Virus record (IMG/VR): IMGVR_UViG_2724679237_000005
Span: 32,001 to 96,000 of that record
Length of the DNA stretch: 64,000 nt
Origin: a virus
Lineage: Duplodnaviria > Heunggongvirae > Uroviricota > Caudoviricetes
Reading direction: 5' to 3' (one strand)
Shown: positions 30,218 through 39,052 of the stretch, piece after piece
How the letters are laid out: each line of letters starts with the position of its first letter
Numbering within the stretch: the first letter of the stretch is position 1
Program-made: the position numbers and the translations under genes
The notes under the pieces: model-generated
Database searches by the model: none
Seen by the model: only the letters and a program-made list of their open reading frames with translations
What the model was told of the DNA's origin: nothing

Positions 30218-31315
30218 AAAATTTACACGAATAAGCTCTGTTGATAGACGATCTCCCTTGAATTTGTGGTCAATTTCGTCTAAATCCGGTTGCTCTACGA
30301 TTGATGCGATGTACGTCGAGAAACTTTCTAAGGCGTCTCGCATCTCGTCCATATAATCGTGCCGGTCGTAGACCCGATCTATCCCCTCAAGACTGTGGTT
30401 CATGATTTTGCGTGATACCTCCTGGCTTATGCCTAATGCTGGGAAGTAACTACGCGCAGTACGGCGCAAATCTCGGGGTGTAAATGGCTCAAGCTCCATC
30501 AGTTCTGGTCGTTCCAGAATACGACGTAATGCCTGGGCTATTGCCACTTTAGACATAGGAAGGTCTTTCCCGATTTTTTTATTCGAAGGCACGAGCCACT
30601 GGCTATCTTTACCGTATTCGAACAACTCTTCAATGCATGTGCGCATTAATGTGCTTAAAGGCAGCGAATGCTCACGTGCTGACTTGTTTCTTTTGCCTTG
30701 ATTCCAAACCCCACGCTTAAGATTGAACTCACTTTTTTTAGCCCGCAGTACTTCGTCAGGTCGTCTTGCTGATACAAGACACAGCCTGGCCGCCCATTTT
30801 GTACCAGCGCACACATTGAAGTAGTCCCATATATTCCAGAACACCCATACCTCTGCGTCGGTCAGCTTCCGCTCGCGAGGTGTGGGCTTTGCGCCACCGG
30901 CAACTTTGTTTAGTGACATATCGTTTAACGGTGACACGTCTATCATTCCCTGGAAGGCGCACCAGCTAAGGAACTGCTTCATCAGAGAGAAAACGCGGCG
31001 GCCCATAACAATTTTGCCATCCAGTATTAGTGGGTTGACCAGTTGGTTCACCATGAACCTATTAATGTCACTTACTTTTACATCGGCAATGTGCGGCAAA
31101 ACATGTATCAAAATACAATGAACAGCGATCTCTGGCCGACGTCTTGTTATCAGCAGAGATAAGCGAGTGAATAACATGAATGCGTCCGAGAATCTCATGT
31201 CATTGCTGACCTGGGAGATCATAACGGCCTGCATTTGAGATGCTCTTTCGAGATACTCAATCGCCTCTTTTGAGGTGTTCTCCGCAGCGCGTGCTCTGTC
31301 AAAGCTATTTTTCAT
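30212..31315 (-). CDS. tyrosine site-specific recombinase (integrase or resolvase)
   Basis: C-terminal catalytic region with LRRTA, NHS and YDRHDY (R-H-R-Y family layout). Confidence 0.85.
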   Translation of the reverse strand: MKNSFDRARAAENTSKEAIEYLERASQMQAVMISQVSNDMRFSDAFMLFTRLSLLITRRRPEIAVHCILIHVLPHIADVKVSDINRFMVNQLVNPLILDGKIVMGRRVFSLMKQFLSWCAFQGMIDVSPLNDMSLNKVAGGAKPTPRERKLTDAEVWVFWNIWDYFNVCAGTKWAARLCLVSARRPDEVLRAKKSEFNLKRGVWNQGKRNKSAREHSLPLSTLMRTCIEELFEYGKDSQWLVPSNKKIGKDLPMSKVAIAQALRRILERPELMELEPFTPRDLRRTARSYFPALGISQEVSRKIMNHSLEGIDRVYDRHDYMDEMRDALESFSTYIASIVEQPDLDEIDHKFKGDRLSTELIRVNFS

Positions 31316-31413
31316 ATGACAATCACCGAGTTACGCCGATGTACTGTATAAGTAAACAGTATATTAGGCATAGATTCTTATAGGATCAAGAGTAAAAGTA
31401 ACTCATTTTCAGT

Positions 31414-31446
31414 AATGATTCCATACATAGTAGGTATGGAATCATT
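31414..31446. promoter_or_regulatory. lox-like site: perfect 13-bp inverted repeats AATGATTCCATAC/GTATGGAATCATT around a 7-bp spacer
   Basis: read directly; lies about 100 bp upstream of the tyrosine recombinase start. Confidence 0.6.
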
Positions 31447-31525
31447 TAGACGTTGTTTTTTGAATTTTAAGGGAAACAGGAGTGAGTTTGGTGGGAATAA
31501 AAACGGCTCCTGTGAGCCGTTTAAA

Positions 31526-31771
31526 TCAGAGGGTGCTGACGTATGCAGCCAGTTCTGTGTATCCGCCAATCGGTTGGCCATCGATCAGTACCTGGGGGAT
31601 AGTCTCTACCGGTTTACCAACAATTTCACTAAGTTTTTCCTTGTCGATACCGGCAGTGGTGATGTCGATGTACTCATAATCACCGTAGCCATGTCCCTTT
31701 AGTTGCTTCGCCAGCTCGACCGCACGTTTGCAGTATGAGCAGTTATCTCGTCCGTAGATAGTGATCGTCAT
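31526..31771 (-). CDS. glutaredoxin
   Basis: TIYGRDNCSYCKRA CxxC motif and GKPVETIPQVLIDGQPIGGY; start at internal ATG with GAGGT RBS. Confidence 0.8.
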   Translation of the reverse strand: MTITIYGRDNCSYCKRAVELAKQLKGHGYGDYEYIDITTAGIDKEKLSEIVGKPVETIPQVLIDGQPIGGYTELAAYVSTL

Positions 31772-31945
31772 TGTTACCTCATAGAATTGATATGCAACTT
31801 TACTTACAAAGAAGATAGGTATGTGCATACTTATCATTGCAGTCTGCATTATAAAGCTATTAAAGCCTCGATCAATCTATTAATTAAGGCATTGTTTGGT
31901 TAACATTACCCTAATATTTTATAGTTAGTAGAGTGAAATACATAC

Positions 31946-33208
31946 ATGCCTTTTTTAATTTTCATTATTATACTACTGCTCACCGTGATTTTTTGGGATT
32001 GGGTTGTTTTAAATGGTCAAATTGTTGGAACATTGGCTACAGCATTTGCTTTTATAGCAACAGCATGGAATGCCTACGAAGCGAGAAAAAGTGCAAAAGC
32101 AGCTTTTTCAGCCCTTCAATTAACAACAGAATCATTGTTCGAAATGCGAAAGAGTGCATTTAAACAATGGTTTGATTCCTTATTAAATCAACATGATGAG
32201 CTATGTCTTCTTGCAAAACAAATTATCGATAAACGCAAAGTTAATTTAAACAGCGATGAGTTACATAGACTATATTACCCATTGGTAAAACAGCATGAGG
32301 TAATACAGTATGTGAAGCATATTATTAATATTTTTGAGTATGTGGATAGTTCATTTTATATTGATGGGGAATGTCTAAAGGAAAAAAGAGCGTATGTGTC
32401 ACAATTAATTTTCAAAATCCCACCTCAGATGAAGTTGATCATTGCTATCTTTGGATTAAAAATCGATTATTGTGAACATATTAATTCGGGAAAACTGTGT
32501 TGTTTATTGAATAAATATGATTTTTTCAATGATGAAATATTTTTTGATGATGCTTATTCAGATATGCCTTATCTGGATGCATTCATAAACCTTAGATTCA
32601 ACAAAATATTCAAATCTCGAATGATAAATTATTTTGATAATATCATTAAAAGTTATTATGTTCCATCGGACGTTAAAAGGGACTGGATGTTTCGAAACCC
32701 AAAGCTCGTGCCGTCGGTTCTTATGAATTATAAAACTCCTTGTTCTCCTATAATTAATGATTACTTTGAGAAGTTGCCTTTACATGTAAGAAACTACTTT
32801 GAGGAACTACTTAAAACCGCGAATGATAGAGTTACTCATTTTGACGTTTACATCCCACGCCTTATTGGTTGTTCAATCGTGCAACATTACGAAGATGTGC
32901 CTTCCGAAAAAAACAGGTTAAATGACAGGAATGATGTAATAGCTATGGCTGAAGATTACATCGAGAAAAGAAAATATAATCAACTGGATTACATACTTGA
33001 AGATATATACTTCAAGAGTGACGAAGATATAATCCCTGGCCACCATTTGATTGTGGCATTTGATGACTATGAATTTAAATTATCACTCATTAAGATAAAT
33101 GAGAATAAAGATAGCGATAATCTTTTAAATCGAATTTATACTGAATCCAGTAGCATGGTTAAAGAATATAAGCGCGAAATATTAAAACTGGGCGACTATG
33201 TAAAGTAA
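31946..33208 (+). CDS. membrane-anchored protein of unknown function in AT-rich island (candidate defence or exclusion protein)
   Basis: 420-aa ORF, two N-terminal hydrophobic helices, strongly AT-rich versus surroundings, own terminator. Confidence 0.6.
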   Translation: MPFLIFIIILLLTVIFWDWVVLNGQIVGTLATAFAFIATAWNAYEARKSAKAAFSALQLTTESLFEMRKSAFKQWFDSLLNQHDELCLLAKQIIDKRKVNLNSDELHRLYYPLVKQHEVIQYVKHIINIFEYVDSSFYIDGECLKEKRAYVSQLIFKIPPQMKLIIAIFGLKIDYCEHINSGKLCCLLNKYDFFNDEIFFDDAYSDMPYLDAFINLRFNKIFKSRMINYFDNIIKSYYVPSDVKRDWMFRNPKLVPSVLMNYKTPCSPIINDYFEKLPLHVRNYFEELLKTANDRVTHFDVYIPRLIGCSIVQHYEDVPSEKNRLNDRNDVIAMAEDYIEKRKYNQLDYILEDIYFKSDEDIIPGHHLIVAFDDYEFKLSLIKINENKDSDNLLNRIYTESSSMVKEYKREILKLGDYVK

Positions 33209-33223
33209 ATTGCACTGTTCAAC

Positions 33224-33255
33224 AAAAAAGGGGCCGAAGCCCCTTTGAATTTTGC
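33224..33255 (+). terminator. rho-independent terminator (bidirectional character)
   Basis: stem ggggc/gcccc with cgaa loop, flanked by A-run and T-run. Confidence 0.6.
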
Positions 33256-33320
33256 GCTGAAAAAAGTGTTGCTAGGATGTTAGCAAGCTATGGTTAAGAA
33301 CGTCTGCCGTAATTATCTAT

Positions 33321-33398
33321 CACAGCGTTGAGCGGTCTGGTTTATGTTAGCGGAGTCTTAATCGAGTTGATTAAAAGGCCAAACCGCTCAACGCTGTG
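33321..33398. repeat. 16-bp inverted repeat (cacagcgttgagcggt / accgctcaacgctgtg) with about 46-nt loop abutting tRNA-Ser 3' end
   Basis: read directly. Confidence 0.4.
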
Positions 33399-33400
33399 TC

Positions 33401-33487
33401 TGGCGGAGAGTAATGGAATCGAACCATCATCGTTTGCACAATGGGACGGTTTTCAAGACCGCTTGAGCACCATGCTCCCTACTCTCC
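33401..33487 (-). tRNA. tRNA-Ser (anticodon UGA), type II with long variable arm
   Basis: hand-folded cloverleaf: acceptor GGAGAGT/ACTCTCC, anticodon loop CTTGAAA, T-loop GGTTCGATTCC, encoded CCA. Confidence 0.75.
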
Positions 33488-33807
33488 AGCTATTGTGATG
33501 GTCGGTGCTGAACTCCGACACAGGGTTGTAGCAAGCCCCGCAAAGCGCGCACTACTGTAGTTGCGGCACATCAGCCTGTGCATTCATCACAATGGTAAGA
33601 TCACTACCTTTCGACCAGTCATTGTGCACATGAACGACGATTAACCGTAATGATATTATCGTTGTGTTGTGAAGCCAGATGCTTATCTTCTGGTTGCTTC
33701 AAAGAGCTGCACTTCCTCACAACGGTAAGAGCACTGGTCTGACTCTATCGATTTACGGCCTTGTGGGTCAGTATCGCCGATTCGCCCAATGCTCTTACCT
33801 GTTGTGT

Positions 33808-33883
33808 TGGTGCCGGTTAACGGACTTGAACCGCTGGCCATTCGCTTACAAAACGACTGCTCTACCAACTGAGCTAAACCGGC
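33808..33883 (-). tRNA. tRNA-Thr (anticodon UGU)
   Basis: acceptor GCCGGTT/AACCGGC, D-arm GCTCAGTTGGTAGAGC, anticodon loop TTTGTAA, T-arm AGCGGTTCAAGTCCGTT, CCA. Confidence 0.8.
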
Positions 33884-33887
33884 AATT

Positions 33888-33974
33888 TGGTGGGGAGTGA
33901 TGGAGTCGAACCACCCGAGTCGCCATGACAGTAGATTTACAGTCTACACCGCTACCTCTACGGACTAACTCCCC
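33888..33974 (-). tRNA. tRNA-Tyr (anticodon GUA), long variable arm
   Basis: acceptor GGGGAGT/ACTCCCC, anticodon arm GTAGA-CTGTAAA-TCTAC, T-loop GGTTCGACTCC, CCA. Confidence 0.7.
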
Positions 33975-33979
33975 TAAAT

Positions 33980-34054
33980 TGGCGATGGTGGGTGGATTCG
34001 AACCACCGACCAGTTGGTTAACAGCCAACTGCTCTACCGCTGAGCTACACCATC
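33980..34054 (-). tRNA. tRNA-Asn (anticodon GUU)
   Basis: acceptor GATGGTG/CACCATC, anticodon arm GTTGG-CTGTTAA-CCAAC, T-arm GGTGGTTCGAATCCACC, CCA. Confidence 0.8.
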
Positions 34055-34832
34055 AATTCAGCACTGCCAGTATTTATTACTCAACAGTGCCAATCGCGAC
34101 GGTTTAGTTTCTGCCAGGAAACGCACCGCTACTTGCACTTTTCGTTAGTGCCAGACGCTTTCGACTTCGCTCAATAGTAGAAGGCAAAATCTTTAAGTAG
34201 ATGATGTTTCTGAGGACAGCACCTACTTTGTAATTTATACAATGTGATGTATGGAATCATTTGTTGTGAAAACAGGCACCAATGGCAACAGTGGTTAAAC
34301 CTACACAACAATCCCGTCTTCACAACGTTGAGGCCACTACTCCGATTGAATGTTTGCCCAACATGTTACATATCAACGCTCGCCGGTATCTCTGTGAATA
34401 GAACCTTAGAATTGATAAAAATGTAATGGCCTCAACGTTGTGTGCTGGCTAACCATACCAGCCGGGCTACGTCGCCGCTTTTTAACCCAGTATAAACGAC
34501 ATAATTGAACAAAATGACGTAACAGGATGGGCGGTCAGTGGCTAAGAATCCGGGAGTCATATGGAGTTGAAAATATACCAACCGCCCATTCTGTTACTTC
34601 ATCGGAGGGAACATGAATGTTCCCTCCTGCGTTCTGCAATCACACTCGCTCAGTGTGTCCCATTTCGGTAACGAGGCTGGAAACTGACCTCGCTGGTGTT
34701 TGGCTTATTAGGCTACTGCCAGATAGACTTCTTCGTTTGCACTTGTATTTAAGTTCAAACAGTCGCGTCTCAACGAAAACAAAGTCATCTTATACATAAA
34801 AGATAAGTAAGTAAACACTTATCGCTGTGTTT

Positions 34833-35123
34833 TTATTCGGTTGTGACTTTTTTGATCAAGGCCACTCTACGACTAGGTGTTCTTGTGATGGTGGCAGTGA
34901 ATCGTTTCGCTTGGATAGTAATGGTTTCGTTCTCCTTAAGTTGCCCGTAGCGAGTTTCAACCAGGGTGCCAAGACGCCACAGACCATCATCGATACGTTT
35001 ATGACTAGCAAATTTAATCAGCAACAGTTTTACGACTAACTGACCTACGTAAAAGGCGAATGCGACTCCGGCCGCTAAGAAATAGGTGGCCAACCACCAT
35101 TCCCAAGAAGTTAACTTGCTCAT
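34833..35123 (-). CDS. membrane protein (N-terminal TM helix)
   Basis: 96-aa ORF, AAAGGTGA RBS, ATGA overlap with upstream small ORF. Confidence 0.5.
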   Translation of the reverse strand: MSKLTSWEWWLATYFLAAGVAFAFYVGQLVVKLLLIKFASHKRIDDGLWRLGTLVETRYGQLKENETITIQAKRFTATITRTPSRRVALIKKVTTE

Positions 35124-35272
35124 TTTTTCACCTTTGTTTCATGAACTACCCGATACACGCGCTTTCCGATGCACAGTGTTTTGGTTTTAAGTTCCTGCTT
35201 AATCAAATCACGACAGATGCCGAAGCCGATAAGGAAGCCACCCATAAAAGCCAATGAGATGTATGGAATCAT
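35120..35272 (-). CDS. small membrane protein
   Basis: 50-aa ORF starting MIPYI inside the GTATGGAATCATTT motif, AGGAG RBS 7 nt upstream, ATGA-coupled both sides. Confidence 0.4.
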   Translation of the reverse strand: MIPYISLAFMGGFLIGFGICRDLIKQELKTKTLCIGKRVYRVVHETKVKK

Positions 35273-35484
35273 TTCAACGCTCCTGACTCTACTAGTTGCT
35301 GTAGCAATACTTTCCCTTTATCAGTTAACTGGTAGTTGGCCGAACACTTCGTTTCAGAAACGTTTGCAACCAACCCTAACCGCTCTAACTTAGCCCGCGT
35401 TTTAGGCTTCCAGTACTCAGGGAACTCTGACCACTTACTGATTTCATGAAGTGTTTCCTTCTCCCGTTTACTTAATACGATCAT
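35269..35484 (-). CDS. hypothetical protein
   Basis: 71-aa ORF with strong AAGGAGA RBS. Confidence 0.5.
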   Translation of the reverse strand: MIVLSKREKETLHEISKWSEFPEYWKPKTRAKLERLGLVANVSETKCSANYQLTDKGKVLLQQLVESGALK

Positions 35485-35647
35485 CCTTAATCTCCTTCAC
35501 GGTGTTGGTTATTTCTACAATGCGATAAATACGACCGCGTCTTTCTATAACACCGCTTTTAATGTAGTCATTGATGCAACTGGACATCACCACAATACCT
35601 ATGAAAAAACCAACTGCTAAAAATGCAATCATCCAACCGAGCATCAT
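35471..35647 (-). CDS. small membrane protein
   Basis: 58-codon ORF with N-terminal TM helix; ATGATG start overlaps ligase stop. Confidence 0.35.
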
Positions 35648-36966
35648 TCTTTATCTCCGATTCGATCTTCTGTATCGCGTAAGCAACGCGGCCATTTCAG
35701 TCGTGGGTGGCGTAAGCTGCCATCCGGCGTTTTCTCGTGACAATGAACCTCGACAATACGACCACGGTACTTCTCTTTGTTGTTCCAGATCTCGTCCAGA
35801 TATTTATGCTTAATGCCGCTCGCACGAACAATCACACCGTTTTCAAGGCGAATAACAATTTTTCCAAGCGTGTTGGCAAAACCAGAGTCCGGGTCGCCCG
35901 GCTCAAAGTCGATAATTTCACCATCTTCTGAATCTTCGTCTTTTAACTTCCACCAGCTGCGGGTACGTTTAAACTCGTAAACAGAGTTCGGATCTTTGCC
36001 CATCTCCCCTTCTTCGTTATCGTCCAGGCGTTTCATGAAGCGTTCGATGAAGTCTTCGTGGCTATGGATGATATAGAACGGATGCAGGTGAATGTCTTGT
36101 GTGTAGCCTTCACTGCGATCGTTTTTGAACAACGCCACCAGCATAGCCAGGCGCTCTTTCAGCTTCATACCTGTCTTTGCATACTCTTTGGATTTAGCCT
36201 GTGCTCGCCATTCCGGTAGGAAGAAGTCGAAAACATGATAAATAGCGCCAATTGCCTGCACGTTCTTTTTGCGCAATGCAGATACGGACTGGTTAAATGA
36301 ACCGGCTGTTCCTTCACCATCGAAGAAGATGTGTTTGTGGCCTGAAAGTTTGCCTAATTCGAGCATGGCTGGCTTTAGGTGATCGAGAGACGTGATTGGA
36401 TTACCAGTACGAGAAAGGAAGTTAACCTCTTCCTCGTCAACAATAACCTCACAAATTACTCGCAAACCATCGAGCTTAAGGCTGCCAATCATCGGCCATT
36501 TGGCTTTAGGATTTGGCTTGAAGGGGTATTTGTCGCCTTTTTCTTTATACGGTGACGCCAGCTGCACCTCGAATTTCGGAATGGGATTTTCAAAAACCTT
36601 GTTGCATAGGCTAATCCCAACGCCAGCTTTCGGATCTTTTAAGAGGAAACGACGGAAGACGTCCTGCCCATCGGCGCACATTGACGCAACGATAGACTCA
36701 ACAGCAGCTATTGCTGCGTTCCCCGTCAGCTCGCGAGAGGCCAGCTTATTCAGTATATCAATGGCTTTTTCGTCACTAGGGACGGACTCACTAAGCGGCT
36801 CTGCCACTTTGTATTTCTTTACCCCAAAACGGATGAAAGGGTTGAGCATCAATGAAACCATGCTTTGCTCGAAGTCATCCATGTTGGCTAATGCCTCTTT
36901 TTTTGCATTGGTTCCCATAGCTTTCATTTCGTCCAGCTTATGCTTAAGTGCGATCAACTTTTTCAT
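35644..36966 (-). CDS. ATP-dependent DNA ligase
   Basis: KLDGLR (motif I KxDG), FDGEG, WWKLK motifs of nucleotidyltransferase ligases. Confidence 0.8.
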   Translation of the reverse strand: MKKLIALKHKLDEMKAMGTNAKKEALANMDDFEQSMVSLMLNPFIRFGVKKYKVAEPLSESVPSDEKAIDILNKLASRELTGNAAIAAVESIVASMCADGQDVFRRFLLKDPKAGVGISLCNKVFENPIPKFEVQLASPYKEKGDKYPFKPNPKAKWPMIGSLKLDGLRVICEVIVDEEEVNFLSRTGNPITSLDHLKPAMLELGKLSGHKHIFFDGEGTAGSFNQSVSALRKKNVQAIGAIYHVFDFFLPEWRAQAKSKEYAKTGMKLKERLAMLVALFKNDRSEGYTQDIHLHPFYIIHSHEDFIERFMKRLDDNEEGEMGKDPNSVYEFKRTRSWWKLKDEDSEDGEIIDFEPGDPDSGFANTLGKIVIRLENGVIVRASGIKHKYLDEIWNNKEKYRGRIVEVHCHEKTPDGSLRHPRLKWPRCLRDTEDRIGDKE

Positions 36967-37445
36967 TGTTGTTTTGCCTCCATATGTTGATCGATTTGCT
37001 CATGTGTTTCTTTTGTTGTTTCTTCAAGCAACGCCGCATACACGTCAGTGATCGCTGTTTGTGATGTGGTGCTCTTCTTAACCATGCTATTAATCGTTAC
37101 ACTGTCACGTTTTCGTTTTATAGTTCTGGCTTGTTTATTCCGTTCTTCAACCTCCTTAATGAGTGCGGTCATATCTTCAAAATACAGAGATTCTCCTTTA
37201 CGAATCTCTTCAACCATCATTTTTAACGCCTTGCATTTGCCTGCTTTAATAGCGGTTGCGCACGACTGGAAAGAAGTTCGAGGAAGACGGTTTTCTTTGA
37301 AGGCAAGAATGGTGTGCTGGCAAACGGAATAGCTGCAATATGCCGACTCACCGTTTATCTTTACTTCCTCACAACGAAGTGAATAACCGTTATTTCCTGA
37401 AATAGAAGGGATTTTTGACAAATCAGCTTTCACAATTACCGCCAA
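36963..37445 (-). CDS. hypothetical Cys-rich protein
   Basis: 160-aa ORF; start codon uncertain (TTG in ORF track). Confidence 0.4.
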   Translation of the reverse strand: MAVIVKADLSKIPSISGNNGYSLRCEEVKINGESAYCSYSVCQHTILAFKENRLPRTSFQSCATAIKAGKCKALKMMVEEIRKGESLYFEDMTALIKEVEERNKQARTIKRKRDSVTINSMVKKSTTSQTAITDVYAALLEETTKETHEQIDQHMEAKQQ

Positions 37446-37500
37446 AAATAATCTTGTGCTTACCTATCATTATTTGCGTAAAAAACGACACACTGAGAGC

Positions 37501-38283
37501 TTACCAACTTCCCCAGCTAATCATCTTGCGCTGATCGCTTTCTAAGCGATAGGGGGCAAGAAGCTCTGTGACATGATTGGTGGCGTATGATTTAGCCTCT
37601 TGCTCTATCATCGGTAATTCGTTAGCAATCCTGACCATCTTCCCAGCAAATTCCGCCATTACGCCATCACATGCCTTACCCGCATCAACAACGATATGCA
37701 CCAGATCCAACTGGCTTTTGCACATGTCCCAAAGAGTCGAATATTCGCTCTCCCTGATTAGGTTTACAGCATCATTAGCCCCTTTATTAATCAAAACCTC
37801 CAACAGATTTGTCGGGGTGACGAAATCGGCTTTCAGAGACAATGTTGGTTCAGCTTTTACCGACAGCAAGTAATCTTCAAAGTTTTGCTTGTCTTCCAGC
37901 AAAGCTAAACTACGCATAGCTCGAATTGATTCTCGAATAACGGCTTCAATATGTTCGTCACCTGGAGGACAGATAATAGTATCTGTATAGATGACTCTGC
38001 CATCAAACCACGCCCCAACCTGCACTTTTAGAGTTCGTAAGTTTTCTTTGCGTACAAAAACAACTAATGCAGAACGTCGTGCATGTGCAGGTTCGCCCCA
38101 TACGCACAACTTAACCTTCAGATAAGGTAGCCCCGGTAGAGGGATCTCGACCAAACGAGTGGCGATATGATCCATTGCCGTATTGACGGCTTTTTCAATG
38201 ATGTCTAGCCGATTGCTCTCGCTGATTTCTAAACCAGTTTTATCAATGATGTTGCAGGCTAATCTCTTAATTTCTTCTTTCAT
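37501..38283 (-). CDS. hypothetical protein
   Basis: 260-aa ORF with AGGAG RBS. Confidence 0.5.
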   Translation of the reverse strand: MKEEIKRLACNIIDKTGLEISESNRLDIIEKAVNTAMDHIATRLVEIPLPGLPYLKVKLCVWGEPAHARRSALVVFVRKENLRTLKVQVGAWFDGRVIYTDTIICPPGDEHIEAVIRESIRAMRSLALLEDKQNFEDYLLSVKAEPTLSLKADFVTPTNLLEVLINKGANDAVNLIRESEYSTLWDMCKSQLDLVHIVVDAGKACDGVMAEFAGKMVRIANELPMIEQEAKSYATNHVTELLAPYRLESDQRKMISWGSW

Positions 38284-38408
38284 ACCAACTCCTAGCTAAC
38301 GGATGAAAGTATTCTTACAAAAACTTAAGTATGTATCTACTTATCATTTTAGATGCAATAGTTCTTTATACTAAGATGCCGGGCATATCCTCAGCCCAGC
38401 ATTCACCT

Positions 38409-38822
38409 TTAATGAGCTACAGCCTCACTGTTGCACATCTTTCTGTAGACCTGCTTATAACGCTGTAAATCATGAGGATCATTAGGTGCCAACGACTTCG
38501 ATAGGATTTTGTATACCACCCCTTTTGAAAACATGCCCTTTGGCTTCATTTCGAGTTCAACAACATATGAGTGATAGCCCACGTATGCACCAAAGCCATT
38601 TTTGGCGTTTAATTCACCACACACAAAGCCTGTCACACTCCCATCATCATGATCAGTCCTGACAAACTTATCTTTCCTAAACATCACCGACGTGGGATCT
38701 TTCATATCATCCGCAATTGCCTGTTGGCCCAGAGTAATAGCCTTCTCGTCTGTAGGCTTACACCCAACTAATGCAAACAAAGACAATAAAGCACCTGTTA
38801 AAATCAACTTCTTTTTGCTCAT
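38409..38822 (-). CDS. lipoprotein of unknown function
   Basis: signal peptide with lipobox LVGC. Confidence 0.6.
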   Translation of the reverse strand: MSKKKLILTGALLSLFALVGCKPTDEKAITLGQQAIADDMKDPTSVMFRKDKFVRTDHDDGSVTGFVCGELNAKNGFGAYVGYHSYVVELEMKPKGMFSKGVVYKILSKSLAPNDPHDLQRYKQVYRKMCNSEAVAH

Positions 38823-39052
38823 TTTGACTTCCCTTTATTTATATTTATCGTAGGTATTAGTTAACCAAAACACGAGCCGTGTCACAATAATTCCATAGCT
38901 CATTATCTCTATCGGTGATTAATATCACATCAACTTTACAGTCCATAAATTAAATTATCAAAGCTGACAGATTAACTAAATTTAAGTACCCTTTTCGCAC
39001 ACTTGACGCTTGCCGCGTCTAAACTATTCATCCTATATCAACAGAAAAAAAC

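Noticed and set aside
31415-31702. 95-aa plus-strand ORF starting inside the lox-like palindrome
   Set aside because: It is antisense to the well-supported glutaredoxin gene and exists only because the palindrome supplies an ATG.
33488-33807. A fifth tRNA or tmRNA-like gene in the tRNA-Thr/tRNA-Ser spacer
   Set aside because: A CCA-containing 3' end is present near 33490 but I could not fold a canonical acceptor/T-arm cloverleaf by hand.
33679-34107. Short ORFs called across the tRNA cluster
   Set aside because: They overlap the tRNA genes and are artefacts of ORF calling over structured RNA genes.
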